A stretch of DNA of 63,862 nucleotides, the filler included, from Kipferlia bialata (taxonomy: Eukaryota), in assembly GCA_003568945.1 (NCBI GenBank). It is 7 parts of 7 records of this genome, joined end to end, with 100 filler letters (N's around TTAATTAATTAA, not from the genome) between each part and the next. Parts side by side here need not be neighbours in the genome. Positions count along the whole stretch, not along the records: positions 44,971 to 56,099 come from BDIP01001283.1; positions 56,200 to 62,196 come from BDIP01001290.1; positions 62,297 to 63,862 come from BDIP01001432.1; 4 more parts are not named here. One strand, written 5' to 3'. A program made the position numbers and the translations under genes. The notes beneath the pieces are model-generated. The model saw only the letters and a program-made list of their open reading frames with translations, did no database searches and was not told the DNA's origin. Positions 54,454 to 63,862 of the stretch are shown piece after piece; position 1 is the stretch's first letter; each line of letters begins with the position of its first letter.

Positions 54454-55354
54454 ACTGTCAGGGTTGGCAGCGGCAAGGGAGCTGATATAAGGGGGTAGAG
54501 AGAGAGAGAGAGAGAGAGAGAGAACACTGTCAATGTTGGCAGCAGCAAGTGAGCTGATATAAGGGGGTAGAGAGAGATAGAGAGAGAGAGAGAGGGAGAC
54601 ACACACACTGTGTGCTTCTGGGTAGTATCAGCTATGTAAATATTACTATATGTATATATCTATACTAACCTAGGCAGTGTGAGCTGTGTGTATGCCCCCT
54701 CCTCTGCTGTTCCGTTGTCCGACAGAATATATATAGAATATACACAACTAATGCACTATATGTAAATGTAATATATACCTTGGGAGTGTCAACTGGGTGT
54801 ATGCTCCCTCCTCTGCTGTTCCGTTGTCCGACAGAGTATACAGAGTATATACAGTATAAGAGCATAACTAATGAACTTTGGATGTACATACCTAGGCAGT
54901 GTGAGCTGTGTGTATGCCCCCTCCTCTGCTGTGCCGTTGTCCGACAGAGTATACAAAGTAAATACAGTATAAGAACATAACTAATGAACTATGCATGTAC
55001 ATACCTAGGTAGGGTTAGCTGTGTGTATGCCCCCTCCTCTGCTGTACCATTGTCTGACAGAGTGACAGAGTGTGTCATGAGGTCAGTGGCCACAGTGCCA
55101 GTGGACAGAGACTCAATCTCAACCTGGGTATTAGGGTTACTATCAAGATATAATAAGAGAGAACGAGAGAGAGAGAGAGAGTGGCCACAGTGCCAGTGGA
55201 CAGAGACTCAATCTCAACCTGGGGTGAGTACAATTATTACTATATTCATATATGTAATAGAGGTATATAGACAATGTGAATGGAAGGTATATATAGTGTA
55301 TAATTGATTGAGATTGTCCCAGTGGACAGAGACTCAATCTCAACCTGAGGGTCA

Positions 55355-55392
<38 letters not shown>

Positions 55393-55970
55393 GAGCAAGA
55401 GAGACTGTAATTAGATATATGAACGCATCTCACCTCATCTGCGTCTGACAGTATATATATATACCATATATAATGTGTGTGAGAAATACTTGTCTATATA
55501 ATGAATATTATTAACCCATTAATGTATATACTGTACTATATAATGTAGATACTGTATCTCACCTCATCTGCGTCTGACAGTTCACTGACACCAGACCCAG
55601 TCACGGCAGAGCCTGATGTAAGGGGAATACTATACGCATATATACTAGATACTATATATTATTATATATTATTATATATACATTTTTATATTATTACAAT
55701 CATGTGAAGACTCCTGGTTGAAGGATGTCTCCATGTATATACATACGAGAGAGAGCTATACTAGTCTATACACATACCTGACGATTAGTACCAGTCTGAC
55801 GCTGTCTCGTCCACACTATATACATATATGTGTAAACAACTACTATTATACTAATAATCCACTGAGAGAGAGAGAGAGAGGAGGGTATATGTACCTGACG
55901 AGTAGTACCAGTCCGATGCCGTCTCGTCGACATGCACAGAGGTCAGGGCAGAGACATGGTTAGTGTACAA
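45197..55970 (-). CDS. Type-I membrane protein with von Willebrand factor type D (VWD) domain and C8-like cysteine module (5'-truncated, about 30 exons)
   Basis: [20 protein letters not shown] (GDPH at 50342-50353), [31 protein letters not shown], transmembrane segment [19 protein letters not shown], basic stop-transfer GRRRRRRK, and acidic tail ending [11 protein letters not shown] (stop 45197-45199). Confidence 0.82.
46723..46806. repeat. Intronic ~21-bp minisatellite (GAATAAAGGGTGTAGGGGAGA), about 4 copies
   Basis: Direct tandem repeat visible in the sequence. Confidence 0.8.
50372..50627. repeat. 14-bp minisatellite TTAATCTAATG(A/G)GC interleaved with acceptor echoes of the GDPH exon; spans an assembly gap
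   Basis: Repeats at about 50372-50415, 50465-50487 and 50599-50628; CTCCATGGGCCATGCCTGGA occurs three times. Confidence 0.8.
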
Positions 55971-56099
55971 CTCCTACAGTTGAGAAGAGGTTGTAACTAG
56001 ATATATATATATATATATAGAGAAAGAGAGAGAGAGAGAGTATATGCACAGAGGTCAGGGCAGAGACATGGTTGGTATAGAGCTCCTAAGGGTGAAATA

Positions 56100-56199
56100 N
56101 NNNNNNNNNNNNNNNNNNNNNNNNNNNNNNNNNNNNNNNNNNNTTAATTAATTAANNNNNNNNNNNNNNNNNNNNNNNNNNNNNNNNNNNNNNNNNNNN
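56100..56199. other. Artificial contig-join spacer
   Basis: 44 N + TTAATTAATTAA + 44 N. Confidence 0.98.
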
Positions 56200-56268
56200 G
56201 GGGCTCCCCCCCCCCAAAAACCCCCCCCCCCCCCCCCCATCTCTCTTTCTCTCTTTCCTCACCCCCAG

Positions 56269-56647
56269 CCAAGATGGGTGCACAGTGGAAGGCTCTGTGG
56301 GGCATGGACATATCTGCAGAGATTGTGGAGGTGGACAAGAGATCATACGATGCAGTCTTCAAGTGAGTGCATTGATACTGGATGTGTGTTGCCACCTTGA
56401 GTGTCCAGTTGTGTTTGATATATATATATATGTATACACCCATATTCCTCACCCCCAGGTGGATGACGGGTCTTGGCAAGGACTTCAAGCACTACGGGTA
56501 TGCGTTCTCAGGAAAGGTAAGAGGCCCATCACAAGTCAATATCAATCAGTCTGGGGTCTCTTCTTTGAGTAACTGCTTCTTCTTCTGACCCCCCAGACCC
56601 GTAAGGTAACCGCTAGAAGGTCCAAGGCGAAGGGGACAGCCCAGTAG
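56269..56647 (+). CDS. Hypothetical protein, last three exons
   Basis: In-phase exons KMGAQWKALWGMDISAEIVEVDKRSYDAVFK/WMTGLGKDFKHYGYAFSGK/TRKVTARRSKAKGTAQ* with typical TCACCCCCAG/TGACCCCCAG acceptors. Confidence 0.6.
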
Positions 56648-56990
56648 AGGCGGTATTAGCATATACTGACAGGACATGCACGCTGACTGGGTTGTGTTAC
56701 ACAACTTGTGTATGTTTTGCACGTTTGATGGAGTTCTGGGCAGCATTTGAGCATTAGGGAGTGAGGTCGTTTGTAGATATACTCCAGAGGTGCCTTTTTG
56801 AGCCATCCAATAGATATGACAGGGATTTGGTAAAGAAGTGTAATATATGCACATACGAGACTATGCAGATCTAACAAAATGCACACTAGCAAATAATTTA
56901 TGACGAAGGAAACTACACGGCACACCGAACAACAACATATGACACAACCTGTCTAACAAACCACAGTACCCCTATCCACCTCATGATACC

Positions 56991-59013
56991 TCAGTGGTTG
57001 AAGGGGGAGAAGGCATCCTGGATACCACACTGGGGGGTGAGGGGGGGGGGGGGATAGAGTGAGTGAGTGTAATACATATACATCATGCCGTAAGTATAGT
57101 ACATGTACCCTACCTGTGCGAGGGCCATGCCCTTCTGCTTGAGAGATGCATCGTTGCCGAGGTCGATCAGGGCAGTCGAGGCGTTCTCCCAGCCACCCAC
57201 ACCCAGCAGCCCCTGGTAGTCGGGACTGAGGGACACGGTCATGACAGGGCCAATACCACTCTGCCTGGAGGGGTCAGAGAGGAGACAGTATATATATATA
57301 TATATATATGTCCATTCTATACCTGTTGAGCACGACTGGGTCCACCCCCTCCTGGAACATCTTCTTGGTGTCCAGCACGTTGAGGAACCCATCGGCACCA
57401 CCAGTCACAACCATGCCTGGGGTGGGGGAGATATGTGTCTGTACATAGACACTATATACAATACTATATACCATATATATACCCACCTGGGACTGTCTTG
57501 GAGGCAGACAGGGAGAAGGGGGCGCCTGGGACCCCCTCGTACAGACTCTTGCCGTGGATCCTAGGGGTGAGGTGGGTATATAAATGCCACAGGGTTATCA
57601 CTCATATACGTATGCAGGTACCCATACCTCCTGACCCCCATCTGGGACACATTCCTCAGATCAATGGCTGCCATGACACCACTGTCAAACCCAACCACCA
57701 CAGTGTTGGCGTCAACCCAGGCGCCCTCACACAGATCCCACACAGGGTTCTCGGGGTCAGACTCTGAGGGTGAGGGTGGGAAAAGGGAGGTGAGAAAGAG
57801 AAAGAGAGTGCCTAATGAGGCCATAATTACTCTGCCACTCACTTGCTAGGGATGCCAGGCCCTTGATGGGCATGCCCCCACTCTTGGAGCGGGTGTCGTA
57901 CACCCCACACCTACAGGCCTGGGTGGCTGGGGTGAGAAAGACACAGATAGATACATTCAGTCCAGGTAAGATAATAGATACAATACTATAGATACCTCCG
58001 AGAGCCACGCCCTGTGCGTATGGGCTGAGGGCAGCCACAGACACTGCACCACGCTTGGCATCTCCCTTCATGTGCTGGGAGAAGGTGGCCTGGGGTGAGG
58101 TGTTGTATGTATAAATACAATTATGACAGTAGATGAGAGCAGTCTTTAGAGGTGACAGTGTGTACCCACCTGCTGAGTGGAGAGGTCCCACACCCTGAGG
58201 CTACCATCGGCTGAACCAGCCAGGAGGGAGTTGAGCTCCCCTGTGGTGCGGCCCTCCCAGGACAGGCAGGTCACACTCCTAAGGGGTCAGGCACAGGAGA
58301 ACGAATCTAGATACATACACCGGTATATATATATATGTATACTCAGTGTGTGTGGGGGGGGGGGAGTCGCGCGCACACATATTGCTTGAAGAAACAGTCT
58401 CAGTGTAGAGATGTACATACCTGTCTGTGTCTGCGGCTGGTGCTGCTGCCACCTGCTGGGGCTTGGCCCTTCTGCTCCTCCTGGACCTCTTCTTGGAGGC
58501 CACGGGGGCGGGGGCTGGTGCCTCCTCCTCGCCTCCGATGGTGAACATGGGCTCATTGAGGTCCAGCACATCTGCTGGGAACACTGCAATCTCGGGGGAC
58601 CAGAGGGTACCCACGGCAACAAATGGCTGCTCCTTGTTAGGGCCGTCAATGTAGGCAAGAGAGAGGGGGACAGCAGCCACATCACAGTCCTGGCGGTGCC
58701 ACACGCTTCCAGAGGCCATCTTAGTGCCATCAACATCGTGGAAAGCAGGAGACACAACATCAAAGCTCAGAGAGCTGAGTCCGAATCCGGCCTGACCAGT
58801 CACCAGCATACTATCACGGCTCTCAAGGGAAAACTGAGCCAGCTGGGGGTCGAGAGCATCCTCTGTGAAGTTCTCGTCCACTGGGGCGTCTCCCATCTCT
58901 ACATCTACCGCTCCAGGGGCGACAATAGGTGCTCCGGTCCTTCCGGCGCCTCTGGGGACCCATGCCATACTGGCAATGTAGTTTGGCTGAGGGGCGTCCA
59001 TCTCGGCTTCCAT
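56991..59013 (-). CDS. PWP1: Periodic tryptophan protein 1 (WD40 ribosome-biogenesis factor)
   Basis: YIASMAWVPRG, AVPLSLAYID..FVAVGTLWSPEIAVFPADVLD..PMFTIG, LLAGSADGSLRVWDL, VGFDSGVMAAIDLR and MVVTGGADGFLNVLD. Stop 56991-56993. Confidence 0.88.
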
Positions 59014-59204
59014 CTCTCACAGCCAGAGCACAAAACACCCTCGGCAGCTGTCCTGCTCTATATATCTTTCAGAATCCACAAAAATCTCTAGACCCTTTTG
59101 CCACTCCGAATCGACACGATCATAACTAGATATATGCTTCAGAATCAAGCTCTATTAGTAGTACTATCACCTGGTAGGCGATGTAATAGTATTGTACGAC
59201 CCAA

Positions 59205-59906
59205 TCACTCCCCAATGACCCCTCTCATGTTCCCCCTGTACCCCTCCACTGTGCACGAGGATGGGATGCGGACATCCTCCCTGATGATGAGAGAAAGAGA
59301 GAGACCACTCAAAGGAACCACAATTAGTCAAAGAGAGAGAAAGACATATGAGTAGCCTAGCCCACCTGATTGTGTCTGGGAGTGCATTGTGCAGGGCCAT
59401 GATGTCTCTGAGCACTGCCTCCATCACTCTGTTGGTGCGGTGGATGGAGTCCTTGACACGCTGGGGGTCAGGGGTGTATAAATACAAATAGTATTACTAC
59501 TCATGAATATTATCTCATGTACTCACACACACCTCCATTGTCTGCAGAGTGGCCTTGGAGTCTGCCCTCTTGGTGTCAGCGTGCATGGCCTTCACACTGG
59601 TGGTGAGTAGTGGACACTCCTCCGGGTACATACACTGCATTGATACAACATATGACACAATACCTGTTCATCACGTCCACCGTGACTGTGTGCCTCAGCT
59701 CCTGCATCTGCACCCCTATGAAGGTCTGTCTCTGGCTCAGAGAGGCAGCTGCCGTGGTGAAGTGCTCCCTGGGGGTAAGCGCAAAAATGTCAATACTATA
59801 TAAACTATATACCCACCTGACTGTGTCAGCCATGTGGTCTATGGCCTCTCTACTGACAGGGATGACACCACACCCGGCATCATCAGCATCCTCCTCGGCC
59901 TCGGCC

Positions 59907-59941
<35 letters not shown>

Positions 59942-60656
59942 GTCAGGGATAGACTCCACAAAACCAGCATCCTCCTGAGCCTCCTCCCCCTCTCCCTCGG
60001 GTGCACGCCCAGCCACCACATCATCTAGATCCACAGGCTGGGTCTCTCCCACCATACCCTGGACCAGAACAAACCCAGGGGCCTGGAGTGGGTAAAACAA
60101 TATAAACACGTAATGCGTATAGAGAGGTATCACCTCCCACATGCAATCAACATGAGTCATGACCAGTCTCCATTACCATCGGTTGCATCCACATCCACAT
60201 ATACATACAGTGTGCCAGCATACCTTGGGGTGTGCCATACTGTCGCCTGTCTCTGGGTCTATCAGGGGTGGAACCACAGTCACAGCTGCCAGTAGAGCCT
60301 GACAATGAGGGGTGAGAAGAGAGGGGTAACAGATCCAAAAGAGCAACAGGATGAGAGAGGAGGATATATGGGACGATGCGTGAGACGATACACCAATATA
60401 TGCACCTTAACCCTCTCCATGTCTGCGTTTATCTGCTGCACTGGGCCTGCAGATATCGTCATGACACCGTCATCCTCTCCCACAGGGGCCACTGTCTTAC
60501 CAGCCTTCCCCTGCTTCGCCTTCCCAGCGGGGACGCCATCACTAGACACCTGGGCTCCCTGGTATTAGGGGATAAACAGGTACGCATCATTGACCTAAAG
60601 ACACTTGAGGAGTGGGTCTTGTCTTGTTCTTTTCTTATGGTTCGTATACGTACCAT
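59205..60656 (-). CDS. BORCS5: BORC subunit 5 (myrlysin)-like protein, predicted N-myristoylated, with acidic PE-repeat insertion
   Basis: ATG / 95-nt intron / GAQVS gives MGxxxS. DDGVMTISAG..LLAAVTVVPPLI, REHFTTAAASLSQRQTFIGVQMQEL and RVKDSIHRTNRVMEAVLRDIMALHNALPD match BORCS5 DDIVVVAQG..FQPLL..QDHL..AEAVAFDQ..LNSMLPE. Stop 59205-59207. Confidence 0.72.
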
Positions 60657-60995
60657 ATGACTGGAACTCCCAAGTGCGTCCGACCTCTAGGCTGCTCAAG
60701 TCGACGACAGAGCCAGGTCGATGGATACAGCCACCTCTAGACAGGAGAGAGGAAGGACGAGTTGGCCAGTCGTAATAACCCCTTTCACATAATTGCCAAA
60801 AACGACAAAAAACCCAGGGGTCAGAACAAAAGGGTATAGGGAAAAGCTCACCACGTCCTCTACCCACCGACAGACTCCCTGAGCCTCAGTTTTCGGTCGT
60901 TCTTACCGTAGACAGCAACACAACTCTCCATTCGCCTCTCTAGACCTTTATAGGCCTTCTACAAGCGGGAGAGCGGGTCGGAGCCTCTGTGAACG

Positions 60996-62118
<1,123 letters not shown>

Positions 62119-62146
62119 TAATATACTCTGCCACGTAGTATTTACC

Positions 62147-62196
<50 letters not shown>

Positions 62197-62296
62197 NNNN
62201 NNNNNNNNNNNNNNNNNNNNNNNNNNNNNNNNNNNNNNNNTTAATTAATTAANNNNNNNNNNNNNNNNNNNNNNNNNNNNNNNNNNNNNNNNNNNN
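62197..62296. other. Artificial contig-join spacer
   Basis: 44 N + TTAATTAATTAA + 44 N. Confidence 0.98.
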
Positions 62297-62308
62297 GAAA
62301 GAGAGGGA

Positions 62309-62349
<41 letters not shown>

Positions 62350-62439
62350 TGAGTGAGTGTGACGAGAGCCTTCAAGACAACACTTATGACAGTACCTCGC
62401 TATCTGCACTGCCACTAATACTAACACTGGCACTGATAC

Positions 62440-63078
62440 CTGTTGGGAGGCCATGGCTTCTTGTATGGGATCTCTCTCCACTTGCGGGTGGCGATGGTGT
62501 ATGCCCACAGAGTGCGCATGTGGTTGCCGTTGTGTCCCATACCACCAAAGACAAAGACCTGAGAGGGAGGGAGAGAGGGAGGGAAGGCTATGACTACGGA
62601 AGGGGGGGGGGGGGGGAACATATCACCATGTGGACATACCTGGGTCTTGACCCTACAGGCAGGCACCCATCTGGTGTCTATGGGCAGGGGGCAGTCGATG
62701 ACCTCCGGGGACAGCTTGCCATTGGCAGGGTTCTGGACATGAGAGAGAATATGACACACACACACATCCTACACGCAAGGGATAGCATCGGTGTGCACTG
62801 ATACAACTAATATATGTACTGCCCCTCACCTGTGTCACCACCACACACAGCTCCTTCTCCTCCACCCCGTTCTGGCCCAGCACCAGCACGCTGCGGCTCT
62901 CTCCTACCAGTGAGGCTGAGAGAGAGAGCCTACTGTATGTGGCAACATACCTTCCTCCAGTGTGTCTGAGGGTGACCTCCCATCTGGCCCAAGGGAGCCC
63001 AGGTATGCTATGGCACACTGCCGCGTGGCCTTGTGGCCAACATCCTGGGTGTGGTACGCAACCTCGTTGCTCATTCAC
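62440..63078 (-). CDS. Kelch-repeat-like protein fragment
   Basis: Four splice-bounded exons; the last reads VFVFGGMGHNGNHMRTLWAYTIATRKWREI (kelch pattern hhhhGG...lw.Y.....W). Confidence 0.7.
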
Positions 63079-63370
63079 CTAGAGAAGGATAGTCAGTCAC
63101 AGACTAAAAAGTGCGGCACTTGCAAATAGGGGTTTGGATATCTAGCAATCAGCACATCTAGTCCTTTGAACACTCTTACTCTATTGCCACTCCCTCCAAT
63201 TTCTCTCCAACCCTACTATCTTTCGGTGACACTTCCCCGCTCTGCTGCTATCTACATCTCTGCACAGTATGTGGCTGCACTATTGGCCGATGCGTGTGAC
63301 AGAGAGTTCTACTGACTACCTTCACGAAGTCAATGAGTGTCATTATGACGCACTGTATCATCACATGGCT

Positions 63371-63770
63371 CTACTTGCATCCCCGGCTTGCCTCTAGCCC
63401 TGCTCTCCACCTGTCAGCCCGGGCCTGCTCCCTGTCGTCCACCCTCTTCCTAGCAGCGGTGTTCAGTGCCTCGGCAGCCTCTGTCTCTCCCTGGGACATT
63501 AACACATATAGCAATACAGAGCAAATGTCAGCGACACACAAACAAAGAGAAACCTGTGCGCTCTGATCATAGATATAATCTATGAAAGTAGATAGCTGTG
63601 TGTGTATCAGCTGTAGTATGATAGGCATATGAGTACCTGTGCCATGAGTACATGGTACTGCCGCAGCCCCTTGATGTGGTCGATGCACTCGTCTAGGCAG
63701 GGGTGCTGAATGACGTCGTAGTAGCCAAACACAGGGGAGTACAGCAGTTCCTCGTCTAGTGTATCAGTGA
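63371..63770 (-). CDS. Hypothetical protein, 3' exons
   Basis: Exons TLDEELLYSPVFGYYDVIQHPCLDECIDHIKGLRQYHVLMAQ/GETEAAEALNTAARKRVDDREQARADRWRAGLEASRGCK* with GT-AG boundaries. No family recognised. Confidence 0.45.
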
Positions 63771-63862
63771 GACAATGAACATGATCCACAGGTGGAGGTG
63801 AGAGTCGTAACCAGGGGTGCCAGAATGGATCCAGTCTGGACTGAAGCCAAACTGGATCGCCC

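Noticed and set aside
56270..56300. KMGAQWKAL as an HMG-box helix
   Set aside because: The following sequence does not fit the HMG-box third helix and the upstream part is missing.

Overview
This is eukaryotic protist DNA, not one locus. Seven unrelated contigs are joined by artificial 100-bp spacers (44N-TTAATTAATTAA-44N): 1-11149, 11250-22395, 22496-33638, 33739-44870, 44971-56099, 56200-62196 and 62297-63862. It uses the standard genetic code and GT-AG introns whose branch point sits almost directly on the 3' AG. These traits plus an archaeal-type AlaRS suggest a free-living fornicate (metamonad) such as Kipferlia bialata (inference). Genes spliced by hand: archaeal-type alanyl-tRNA synthetase, a Crinkler/RHS-type NTPase, a DIRS-type retrotransposon relic, eIF2-alpha, BLOS2, ARPC2, MCM10, ACBP, an RWD fragment, a DUF4470/MYND-like protein, a divergent kinesin, a possible C9orf72/DENN-like protein, a VWD (GDPH) type-I membrane protein, PWP1, BORCS5, casein kinase 1 and a kelch protein. 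The main discovery is in three contigs, where many exons are flanked by partial 'echo' copies of themselves. Copies of the exon start plus 3' splice site lie upstream, copies of the exon end plus 5' splice site lie downstream, and (TA)n/(CT)n microsatellite separates them. These truncated copies cannot be used as whole exons, yet they differ from the real exon mostly at synonymous positions (hand counts 8/8, 6/6, 6/6, 9/9 and 4/4 changed codons; exceptions are listed in the findings). All homology calls come from motif recognition by eye; no database search was run.
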